Source of the DNA: Ionaspis alba
Taxonomy: Eukaryota
Reading direction: 5' to 3'
Assembly: GCA_964255285.1 (NCBI GenBank)
Contig: CAXUUL010000099.1
Span: 1-32,827 of the forward strand
Length of the DNA: 32,827 bases
Shown: positions 1 through 10,552 of the stretch, piece after piece
Numbering within the stretch: position 1 is the stretch's first letter
Layout of the letters: the number at the start of each line of letters is the position of its first letter
Program-made: the position numbers and the translations under genes
The notes under the pieces: model-generated
Seen by the model: the letters and a program-made list of their open reading frames with translations, nothing else
Database searches by the model: none
Told to the model about the DNA's origin: nothing

Positions 1-761
1 ACCCTAACCCTCTCTCCTCTTCCCCGACCACGCCGAAACCTCAATCCGACCTCCCCCTCCCCAACCAACCACCTCCACCGCCTTCCCAAACTCCCCGCAT
101 CCGTCCCCAGCGCCTCAGCACACTCCTCCCAGTCATGGCGCGATAGACGCAACTTCGAGAGGACGAGATCAACGAGGGCGTGATCGTCGATATCTGTCCA
201 TTCATCGTCTCTACCCCTGCAGTATCCCGAGTTGTCGAAGTCGTCTGTTTTCGTGGCTGGTCTGGTGTGCGTTAATGAGTTGAGTGTCGGTGTCGGCAGA
301 GGCTGTAGGGTTTGGAAATCGGAGCAGCGGAGACCAAGAGGAATGGAGGGAGGTGCGCGACGCTGACGCTTGGGTGTTTGGTAGGGATTTTCTTTGTCGA
401 GCAATCGGTCTGGCGCATCGCTCTCAAAAAGGATACGGGATCGCTTCTTGCTTGCTGGTGGAGGTGTGCAGAGTGCTCTTCTCGATTGGATGCTGTGCGC
501 GCGCACAGGTAGCGTAGGAGGTGTCTGTGGGGCTGACAGAGGATATCTGTTTGTTGGTGTTGAGGATTTAGAGGCTGTGGTCGGGAAGGGTGGTTGCGTG
601 TTTAGCAGAGAATGGAGGGCTCGACAAGAGGCTAGAATTCCGTTAATGCTCGGGGCTGCGGGCGAGAGAGGTGGTGTGTTGATGGGTGGAGGTTTGATGT
701 AGGGTTGGGAGCGCCGGAGAGGAGGACGGATGTCGCAAGGGAGGGCGGAAGGGAGGAGCAT
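1..761 (-). CDS. Hypothetical protein, Pro/Ser-rich with a C-terminal Myb/SANT-like helical segment; runs off the left edge
   Basis: ATG at 761 (MLLPSALPCDIRPPLRRSQPY...) opens a frame with no stop to position 1, which is why the ORF track omits it. Contains TPKRQRRAPPSIPLGL and WTDIDDHALVDLVLSKLRLSRHDWEECAEALG...LGRRWRWL. Confidence 0.7.
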   Translation of the reverse strand, partial: MLLPSALPCDIRPPLRRSQPYIKPPPINTPPLSPAAPSINGILASCRALHSLLNTQPPFPTTASKSSTPTNRYPLSAPQTPPTLPVRAHSIQSRRALCTPPPASKKRSRILFESDAPDRLLDKENPYQTPKRQRRAPPSIPLGLRCSDFQTLQPLPTPTLNSLTHTRPATKTDDFDNSGYCRGRDDEWTDIDDHALVDLVLSKLRLSRHDWEECAEALGTDAGSLGRRWRWLVGEGEVGLRFRRGRGRGERVR

Positions 762-1953
762 TGTCGGATGACAGAGAAAGAACCGTCGAGAGTAGTGGTG
801 TAGGGACGAATTGAGGAGAGGGCTGTTGTGCGTGAGTGCTCGCGATGAAGTCAGATCTATTGTTGTGGTTGCGAGGCGGTGAGCGATGCGCCGGAGGCGA
901 TGGAGATCGCAATATGAGAGCTGGCGATGCGCGAAGCGTGTCGATATATTCCTGAAACGTATGCGATCAAATTGATATAATTTCCATCATTGTCTACCTG
1001 GTGGTATTGGTGATGATGGTGACGGCCGTGGTGAGCGGTGTAGATTGGTGAGGAAGTTCAGAATATAGAATGCGCCGGGAGCGAAGGAAGAAAACGTGCC
1101 TGCAGGCTTAGCTGGCCCCTCGGCGTCCCAATGGCTTTATTCTTCCGCGTGCCTGCCCCTGTGACACATTCTATTCCTGCCCACAACGCGGATCCCAGGC
1201 TTTTCTTCCGTAGTCTTCGATCTACGGCACAGATTGAGATCTGGAGCAATTGTTGAGGTAGTAAAGAGATCGGTTAGGGGATAGTATGACCTCATCTGTT
1301 TACTCAAAGACTCTTCAGGCTTGTGGACGGGCTTTCTACTTGACTCCTGCCTCGAAAATACTCACCTTGGTCTATCCTGAGGGACTCGGGTCGATGGAAG
1401 GAAGAGACAGAGTTGTATCTCCATGGCCACAAACATGGAACCTGTCCTCTCCATCAAAGAGAATCAAGTTCTTCGCCAACTTCTATTCTACTCTAAATCA
1501 GTGTTTCTAGTCATGACGAGGAATCTGAACCATTTGCATCCCTATTGCGGCTTCTCAGCTCTATTCTGCAATACAAGAACAGAATCTGACCTTCTCTATG
1601 GCTGCACAACGCTTTACGCGCCGTTATTTATGAACGCGTCACTTTGAAATGCCGCGCGTCGGTTTCGCGCCAGAAAATGTAAACCAATTAGGCTTAGTCC
1701 ACCAAGGCTACCACAAATCTTACAATCTTCGAGTGCTACAAAATCACTTTCTTTCAACATGCGAGCGATAACACTTAGTGACGCGTATATTCAGCTAAAG
1801 AGTGTGCTTTCTCTATAGTAGCATGACTGCGCTGCGACTGCTCCATCGCCACCCTCCCGCGTTCCTTAGTTTAAGTGACAGCAGTCGTGAAAGCTATGAT
1901 ACGGATCTCGAAAAGATGATGGAGGAAATTGATTATCAAAGCTTGTCAAAAAA

Positions 1954-2739
1954 TTAAGTCTGAGCGTCTAGTACTGTCAGCAGTGCTTCCACGAGAATTG
2001 CAACGATGATTCTTACAAGCAGCATCTTCCTCAGAGTGCTTGGTCTGGGCGTCTAGTTCTCAATCAGTGTTGCTCATGCTTCAAAGAAAAAGGATATTGA
2101 TCCTACAGCTAGTATCTTCTTCAGAGCGCTTGGTCTGGGCATCTGATATTTGTATCAGCATTGCTCGATGTCAGGGTACGTGGGGGTTTTTTTACATGAC
2201 GTGTTGTCTTCGGCTGGGGTACGCTTCTTGGTCTGCGCATAGGCAGAATCGTCCTTAGCAGCATCACGCTTCTTGGTCTGGGCATAGGAAGTGTCGTCCT
2301 CGGCAGCATCACGCTTTTTGGTTTGGGCGTATGAAGTGTCGTCTTCATACGGGTCCCTTTTCTTGGTCTGGGCGTAAGCTGTATCGTCCACAGATGGGGT
2401 CCGTTTCTTGGTCTGAGCATAGGCCGTATCGTCCTCGGCAGAGTTCCGTTTCCTAGTCTGAGCATAGGCTGTATCTTCCACAGCTAGAGCTCGCTTCTTG
2501 GTCTGAGCATAGGCCGTATCGTCTACATTTGGAGATCTCTTCTTGGTTTGAGCATAGGCCGTGTCGTCCTCACCACGACGGATTACAGGACTCATGACCG
2601 CTTTGCCTGAAAATACCGTCAGTAAAGAATGATCGGACGTGCCCCAATCGACGAAGAACTGACCGTCCAGAGGGGCAGGCAGAGCCTGTACTCCAAAGGC
2701 AAAGATAGAGGCAAGGTAGATGATCTTGGTAAGCTGCAT
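1954..2739 (-). CDS. Secreted Kex2-processed repeat protein (KEP); putative dikaritin-type RiPP precursor, 190 aa, 11 core repeats
   Basis: Exons 2739-2664, 2606-2196, 2142-2107, 2052-2017, 1967-1954 total 573 nt, all introns GT..AG with branch sites. Signal peptide MQLTKIIYLASIFAFGVQA, pro-region ending in RR, then repeats such as EDDTAYAQTKKR; the last unit ends AAYAQT-stop (TAA 1956-1954). Confidence 0.92.
2196..2574 (-). repeat. Coding tandem repeat, about 45-bp unit, 8 full copies plus the start of a ninth
   Basis: The motif (t/c)ttggt(c/t)tg(a/g)gc(a/g)ta recurs at about 45-nt spacing on the + strand and encodes 15-aa units xxx[VEK][DE]D[TS][AS]YAQT[KR]KR; the first unit is 13 aa. Confidence 0.95.
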
Positions 2740-4482
2740 ATTGAGGAGTATCTGCAAGTCCTTTCAAGGAAAGAGTGTTATAGAGTTTTTTGGTATTGAA
2801 AATTGATTGTTAAGAGTCTGATGAAGATGAGATGTTTTCAATAATGGGTGGATTTGCTGGGGCTTTTATGTCCAGCTCTACTCCTCCGGAAAGCTGCCAC
2901 ATTGCTCCGAGTCATCGACTTTATCCGACTTTGAAATCGACGAGGTATTGCTGATTGCCGTCAGGATGTAGCTCATGCAAGCCTCGAACGCAGTATTATT
3001 CACCCAGATTGAATGAGATGCATTCGAGCCACTCCACTTCGACAATTTGTCTTCACCGCTATTCCAGAGGACGGAACTGATCCAATATCCGCCTGTCTCA
3101 ATTGACAGATGATATGTGGTTTTGCTGTTGCACTTGCCTTCTTCGACCTTTTGCATGGTCGATCGCCAATTGACGAAGGATTTATCAGCATGCCATGGCT
3201 CTCTAAGGCCTCCAGCGTGGTTTGAGCGGATCGAGCTAAAACCCCTCACGGTGATATGCTGCCGGTGGCCCACAGATGTTCAGGTGACCTTCGATCTGTG
3301 GTCGTCACCTCGGGGTATGGGTATGCTGACAGACCACGAGAACATCAACAGTGCCACGACTACCCCAAGCTCACTATCTAGGGGCAAGTGAGTGCCATAG
3401 GCTGTGAAGATACTGATGAAGCTGATCGCATATCTCATGACGATCCTCATGTCGTCGAATGGTTTGTCAGACATCTTCCTGTTTGAGCAATCCTTAATAC
3501 CTATTGTCAAGGACCAGTCCCTAGATGTAATCTTTGGGATCGAGCTCTCTCTGTCTCTACTCTACAAGCGTGTCCAGAACAATCGCTAGAATCTAATATA
3601 CAGTACACATAATTTGTGTCTAATACTTTTCCTGTCCCAAATCATCAATGTCAATATTTGAGAGGCTCGATTAACCTCGCGTAACAGCTACATTAGTGCC
3701 CGCTGTCATGCAGATAGCGAACCTTCCGTACTTGCATACTCTGAACCTACATGTACTCGAACCAAACGCACAATGACATCACTAGAGCAAATGCCTATGT
3801 ATGAGCATGCAGTTCCTCAAGGCCTCCCACCGTTGCGTCCATGCGTGCATCGTTCCAATCTGGTGTATCCAAGTGGTCTGCACTTGCAGGCGACTTCTTT
3901 CCGTTCCAAATTTGCAGATCTTGGGTACGTGCGGCGGAGTGAGAACCAATCGTTGCTCAAATATACTAGCTCCAGCCAGCGATGCTGCACTTCTCAATGT
4001 CGCGTTATTCGGGGCACTGCTATATTCTTGCCAGAGCCGACTTGGCGTAGTATTACCAATCTCTGCTGCAGCTTCGTGCTGAATCCTGAAGGAGTGTTCA
4101 TTCTTCAGCTACCTCAAGTATCACAGCACAATGTAATGCCGCCAGCATCATGCATGATTTCTATGGCCCTGTTATCAGTCTCCGCACTGGTACGATGATC
4201 ATTATCATTATCATACAGTTGATCCTTACTCAATCCAGATCGAAGCGGTGTATCCCAAAACTTGTTGATCTTGGGAGATAAGCGGAGCCAAGGCAAGAGC
4301 AAGACGTCGAGCCATCTGCTACAACAGACAACACCCACACACCGCAAGACAAGCCAAGATGGTCTGCACATATCAATCCCGGTTCAGGTTCCCCGGGCAC
4401 TCTCATGTTCTAAGGGACCTCTCCGGTGTTTGTCTTTATCTTCAATATCATCAAAACTTTCAGAGCAAGCTGTGCATTCACA

Positions 4483-5678
4483 ATGGAGAAATATGCCCCT
4501 TCGGATTCAAGTAGTGGCTCTGCCACAACCCCTTTCTTAGACAAAGAGTCAGACGTTGCAGTTGAAGAGGGAGCTTTGAGAGACATCCCAAATGCGAACG
4601 ACAATCAATCATCACGGCGGAGACTCCAAAGAGAATGGGCAATTGTGCACCTCGTTTTGATAGGGATCAATCTTTTCCTGTTTTTATCTTATTCTAGTTG
4701 GATGACAGCAAGGCAATCGCATGGTCCTCGGCTCATATACTGTAAGTATGCCCTTCGACCACATTGGCTATTTTCTGAATGCTTTGCACCAGCGCCTGCT
4801 CGTGATGTCCTGGACTTTCAAACAAAGCGATTCGAACTGGAAGTAATATACTTGTCGAACGGGTCTATGAATCCCGAGAAGCCAACGGACTTCAACGGCG
4901 AGCCCAGACCAGAGCTTGATGCAGCGTGGCAGAATCTTCTACACCGTAAAATCCCTTTCTAATTTGAGCCAGCGTCGAGAAGCTCACAGCCAATGCCGTA
5001 GACCAAAACATCCGTCTGAAGAAAGAGGAACTCGGAGAATTTGCCAATGACGACAGCCTCATTCAGCTCGCGGACGGCTCTGGATACTATGCGACGTTCG
5101 CAGTCTTCCACGCTCTGCATTGCATAAAGCGGCTACATCACTTCATCCATTTGGACCATTACTATCCAAACATCTCCGAGGCAGATGCTCGACGTCTGAG
5201 ACATCACACTGGTCAGTCACCTCCATAATACGCATTCTCTCTTCCAGGCCAGACATTCACTGATGTACGTGGCAGAGCATTGTCTTGATAGTCTGCGCCA
5301 AAGCGTGCAATGCAATGCCGATATAACAGTTTTCCCCTTGCACTGGGGAGCTGGGTATGCCTTTCACGCACTTGAGACAAAGATATCGTTCTAATATGCT
5401 GCAACAGTCAGCGGATCCCAATCGGCAGGGACACTGGCAAACACCAGTGCGTCAATTGGGATCGACTGAAGAAGTGGATGGAGGAGCGATCTTTCAATGC
5501 TTTTGAGCCTGGTCTGCTCGTACATCTAACCTTAGGTCAGTACCTAATGGATCCGAGGCGGGTACTTGTGTTCTTTGGACTGATCTGCCGACCAGGACCT
5601 GCATTCCCTGATGGCAAGGGAGAGGAAATTGGGATTTTGAAGGATTATAATCTGCATGTTGGAGGTCATCAAGGATAG
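4483..5678 (+). CDS. UstYa-like / DUF3328 oxidase (putative RiPP cyclase)
   Basis: Exons 4483-4741, 4793-4945, 5002-5211, 5276-5354, 5408-5535, 5596-5678. N-terminal TM helix (WAIVHLVLIGINLFLFLSY), YSPA, F-x-GEPRPELDAAWQNLL, VFHALHCIKRL, HHTEHCLDSLRQSVQCNAD, W-G, HQCVNWDRLKKW. These are the DUF3328 hallmarks, including both HxxHC motifs. Confidence 0.93.
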
Positions 5679-6354
5679 ATCAACATTGTACAAATAACAT
5701 ACTTTTGATGAAAATGGCAGCAAGGGCTTCTGTCGTGTCAATATATTGGATCTTGAGTTCTACTTCTCGTGCGTCGCCTCATCAAATCGTGCCTAGTTTC
5801 TGTGATCATCCCTTGTGATTAGACATTTGGTATATATTGGGATGTCATGTGATTCTCTTCCTAAGCTTCATCAAATTAGCCGGTGATGGGCGGGGAGAGG
5901 CGATCGATCTAAGGACCCTACGAGGTCCTGACCCCTAATCGCTGATCGAAGCATTCTCGGAAACAGAATACTATTGTATCTTACAACAGTACTTGGTTGC
6001 TCTGGAACAGCGTGGCCAATGGCCACGACGCCTCCTTTAGCCTGCTGGGAGAGTGGGGGGACCACCTTCACGAGGTCACGTGTGACACGGCTTTGTGGGT
6101 TGCAGATTGAGAGCCTCTTCGGGTATCATTAACGATGCAAGGCTCGCAAATGTATACATTGTGCCTTCTCCTGTCAATGAGTGCAAGTAGATTAGCGTAT
6201 GTTATATCATTCGTTTGACTAAGACTTCCTGAATTTGTGGCCCCGTCTTCCTCTGGATACACAGCGTTGTGATTGCCTTTGATGTGGGTTTGCATACGTC
6301 GACCCTCAAGCTCTGCATCAATAGACACCAACGTTATGCAACCCGGCGTCGCGG

Positions 6355-9300
6355 ATGTCGACATCATCTTCGAATGCCGTCACAAATCCGTTACCGCCTC
6401 AACGACAACTGCTCTCCATATCGGGGAAACGTACCGACACCATAACCTCCAAGCTTTACGAATGCATGCAAAGAATTGAAGAGTCCTACAAAGCCTTCAT
6501 CTGTCAGCATGATTTAGAACGTATTTGGTCCAACAATGAGGATTTCCGGAAAACCCTTCTACCTGCCGTGTGGACCGATGATGAGATTGTTGTTCTGAGA
6601 CGGGACTTCATCAAAATACTCTCTACACTCATCTTGATAAGCGCCTTCAATACTATCAAGAATTTCCGTTCAATCTTTTTCAATACAATCACCCATAATC
6701 AGCCTCTAAATGATCATAATTTACCTTTTACCCGAGAAAATCTCCGGTCGTTCCTAGATATCCGACATACACATCTGTTTTACGAAAAGCAGTTTGTCTT
6801 GATACCAGTACTACTGGAAGAGAGCGAGGAAAAGCCAAAGCTAGATTTTTCATCCGATTACCGACTTCCATTTGTCTATGAGAGACCAACGATCGGATTC
6901 GGTGGCTATGGCACAGTTGATGAGGTGGGTATTGCCCCGGGATACCTGGTGGATAAGGGAAGACCAAATTGGCCCAACGTGCGTTCCTCTCTATCCAGAC
7001 ACGCAGAGAAGTACTGAGATAATGATCGTCCAGATCGAAGCTGTTGCTTGCAAAAGAATCGAGACGAGCGCGAGCGAAGCCGATTACCTCAAAGAGGTTG
7101 CTAACCTCCAGATCCTGAAGCAGAGCCATACATCTCATCACAGGATCATGCTTCATCTTGCCACCATAATCCACGGTCGATCTTTCAATATCCTCCTACC
7201 ACTAGCGGTTCATGGAGACTTGGAGCTATTTCTCAATAGTGGCATCAGTTATGCTAATGGGGGGGATGGCGAAGTGATATATAACCCCAAAATCAGGTTC
7301 CCAAATTTGACGCCTGGCAATTTGCCCACGGCCCTCTTTGATGAATTCTTGCAACTAGCTGATGGCCTTCGGTGGCTTCACCACGAACTTCGCGTTGGCC
7401 CTGATGCAGACCTCTACGGTGCCCATATGGATCTGAAGCCCAGCAACGTTCTGGTCAACTCCCATCGATCCCATCCAGTAGGTAAATGGATGTTATCGGA
7501 TTTCGGAATATCTGTCTTCAAAGCGAGTACCGGGAGCCAAGAGACTCCCGTTGTTTCCATTAGGGATGTACACGAACAACTCACAATGAAGACAAGGGCA
7601 AAAAGAGGTCATGGACCTTATCAGGCCCCTGAAGTGCAGCCCAAGGGTGAAAAATCTGTAGGTCGCAGAAGCGATGTGTGGTCATTAGCGTGTATTTTCT
7701 GTGAGGTTCTTGCATTCGCGCTCAGAGGCTCCGAAGAACTCAACCACTTTCGAACGCAGCGACGGAATAGTGGGAACGATTATTTCTACAGCCCTCTTGT
7801 ATCGAACGACACTCTGGCTGTGAATCCGGCAGTCACAGAATACCAATTGCGACCCTCCGTTTGTGATTGGCTGGACAGGCTTCACACACGATACCTCCAA
7901 CCCCAAAGATGGTTGGAATGTTGTGTCGGTACTATCAAGAAGATCTTGCTCGTCGAAGGTCGGCCAGATGCAAAGGAAACCCAAAGGCTCCTAAGGCATG
8001 CAAGGGACCACCTCCGTGAGTCGCATGCCGACGCGGCTCAGACATGCCCCATCCTGAATCCGGAATCGACTTCTCAAGTCAATCCTACTCTGGTACGAGG
8101 AGACCATCGGAGACCTTCAGTCTCATTTTCTCCTGCCCCAGATGATCCGCAAGACTCTGCCGCTTCCGGAGCTTCCACGCATCGTTCTGAAGCAAATCGT
8201 GCGACTCAATCGTCCACGCCGAAAACGACAGAATCTCCGAGACCTACCCGACGCCCTCCACCAATACCTACCGCTCTTCCCGCTAGTATAGACACTCAAC
8301 AGACACCTATAGAGAAGCCGTTGAATAGCGATGAGTCTCTCGTGACACATCAACGGTCATCAAGTCTCGATAGTTCCATCGCAACCGGAGTCATGTCGCG
8401 TACAATTTTGTCCGATACGACTATGCAACTACCAGTACCCAAAGGCGACATCTTACACGTTGCGGTGAGCTCATCAGGCGAACGTGTCGCATGTCTGTTC
8501 AAGGATTGCATTTACGTCTATTCGATCGATGCTGGTACTGCGAGTAGGGGAGATGGTATACGGCTTCCTCTCAACCTTGACAAAGGATGGCAAATGCTTG
8601 CCCTGACTGGGCCATACATAGTCGCATGGGGATGGTCATCAACTAAACGCAAAAGACTAGTGAGTTGCCTCGAGTGCGAGTGCGATAGAATCCTGACATC
8701 CGTGAGATCTATATAGGGAAGCTCAATAGGTCTCCTTGTGAATTACCGGTTCCCGACCATGCGTTAACTGGTAATCTTTCTGGGGTTGCCATCTCAGCCC
8801 AAGGAGTGATTGCTTTCATTTGTGATCGGGAACTTAGACTATCGTTCCTCGAGTTAGTGCTTGGTCACCTTTCCTGTTTTACTGTCCGCTTACTGTGGAC
8901 TAAACAGGTCCCTTCGCGACGACGGTTATAAGAATGAGGAGACGAAGACGGCAGAGTCTGGTTACGTTTTCAGCCAAGCAGCTTTTAGTTCATCAGGCAA
9001 CTATCTCTATGCTTGGGCTTATGGTCAAAGCAAAGACTATCTCTATGTCTGGGAGATGCAAGAGAACAAAGCCACGCCATATCACGATGGTCCTTACACT
9101 GCAGTCAGTATTCATATCCTTCTTTTAGAGTTCTGGAACACTAACAGATTGCTAGAAACATTACGGTGATGCCAACGTTGGCCTGCTTCCTTACGAATCC
9201 TTCCTAGGCTGCATCGTCCAGACGCCAGAAAAAGCGTTATTCCCAGCCCAGTTCTGGAACTCGGAAGGGGATGGCAAGACTGTATTACCGAAGCTGGAGA

Positions 9301-9581
9301 TCATCCTGGCAAATCTCCACATCGCCTCCGTTTGCCAGAACCAGTCCCTGATCACCTTAGAACAGGGAAAGCTTAAAGTACATGCTCGAGTGTTCGAGTA
9401 TGCTCTAGGGAGCAAAGGAGGAAACCAGACGCTTCGACATAACGGAAAGGAATTGTGCAAGCTCGATAGCAAGGTTGGGAAACACTCGAGCATGACGGTA
9501 TTACGCTTGCACGATATGCTTGTCATCGTGGTTTGCAGCATCAGAGGAGTCGTCGAGATTGTGAAGCTTTCGCTATCATAG
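6355..9581 (+). CDS. Ser/Thr protein kinase with a Pro/Ser-rich linker and a C-terminal WD40/beta-propeller-like region
   Basis: Exons about 6355-6978, 7034-8659, ~8707-8852, 8908-9103, 9156-9581. Kinase motifs GFGGYGTV, VACK, HMDLKPSNVL, SDFG, YQAPE, SDVWSLACI. Tail has blade-like segments (VAVSSSGERVACL, VAISAQGVIAF, AAFSSSGNYLYAW, LYVW). Intron 2 boundaries are ambiguous (GAG acceptor at 8706, or weak donor 8664 with TAG 8716). Confidence 0.8.
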
Positions 9582-9998
9582 ATGAAGGTTCAGACTTGGA
9601 TGTAGTCACGCTGGACCCAATGAAGTCGGTACTAACTACAATAAAACAACGTTCCTTTGACATGCAATAAGTAAAATCCAAATCATGACATGCAGAGTTC
9701 ATCAACCCTTAATTCCATCCCTTGGATCACTTCATTGGACTAGCGTGTCCCAAAATACTCGCCCTCGGCTCTTTTACAACCGGAGCGGCGGCGTCATGCA
9801 TGTCGAACCTCAAACTCACCCTCAACGACTTGTTCGAAATCGCAATCTCTCTTCCACCAGATCAATCACACTCTCCTCGACTAACAACAACGCTCAGCGA
9901 CTCCTTCTGTAACTACGCTAGGATCGAGCTTCTCCAACGTCGCCCGAGGCCATTGCCGCCCTCCAATCTTTCAACAAGTGCGCCCCCCCACTTCCACG

Positions 9999-10552
9999 AT
10001 GAAGCCCGTCGTCTCGGCCCTCAATGCTTGGAGCTGGTAAGGCTCTCATCGCTTGGAGAGCACTAAATACAAGCTGCTGACAGCAACCTGCGTAGTATCG
10101 TTGTGTCTGTCTTCGCAATAGTGATTCTAAGTACGATCGGAGCTTTATTCAATGTATGTTATCTTTGCTCTTCCAGACCAGTCTCAGCTGCCATACACCA
10201 GTATCGCTCAAGTGCTGGCTTGGCTATCATTCACTAGTGAATAATTTGAATGTGAATATCATGCAAACGGGTGATTCTGGCAACGGCGAGCGAGTCCTAC
10301 TAACTTATTTGCATCACAGGCAAACCACCACGCTTTCACAGGTTCAACCGGAAGTCCAAAGGATGGAGGAGCAGTCGCTGGGACCGTGTTTGCGGCTGTT
10401 GTCGTCTATGCGGTAGGACTACATAAAACATCACCCTGTGCATTCATGCCGTTGCTGATAGAATCTATCGATAGGTCTTCCTGGTTTTCTGCAGTCTACA
10501 AGCCTTTTTGCACATACGGGAAAGTAGGAAGGGTCAGATATCGTTGAACTAG
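9999..10552 (+). CDS. V-ATPase V0 subunit f / RNase-kappa-like small membrane protein, 88 aa
   Basis: Exons 9999-10036, 10096-10153, 10320-10412, 10475-10552 splice to MKPVVSALNAWSCIVVSVFAIVILSTIGALFNANHHAFTGSTGSPKDGGAVAGTVFAAVVVYAVFLVFCSLQAFLHIRESRKGQISLN. Two TM helices, closely resembling yeast YPR170W-B as I recall it (MRPVVS..AWCC..LFN.NH...GS). Confidence 0.85.

Noticed and set aside
1..10. Telomere-like ACCCTAACCC at the window start
   Set aside because: Only one full CCCTAA unit, and it lies in the open frame of the minus-strand gene (codons R-V-R).
2196..2574. CRISPR-like array
   Set aside because: Eukaryotic context; the repeats are in-frame coding units with synonymous variation and no unique spacers or cas genes.
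1954..2739. Alpha-factor-like mating pheromone precursor
   Set aside because: Shares the Kex2 repeat layout and X-A/X-P spacers, but lacks the Trp/Cys and GQPC-type motif of filamentous-ascomycete alpha pheromones and sits beside a DUF3328 gene.
2155..2757. ORF-track 200-aa version of the precursor
   Set aside because: Uses a TTG start, reads through a 57-nt in-frame intron (2663-2607) and ends inside the next intron.
2878..4482. Short ORFs between precursor and oxidase, including a faint BTB-like fragment (SHDDPHVVEWFVRHL) near 3430-3480
   Set aside because: No recognisable domain or coherent exon chain; the fragment is too short and is followed by a stop.
9685..10416. ORFs 9685-9912, 9722-10066 and 10156-10416
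   Set aside because: Explained as upstream sequence, off-frame readings and intron sequence of the spliced subunit-f-like gene.
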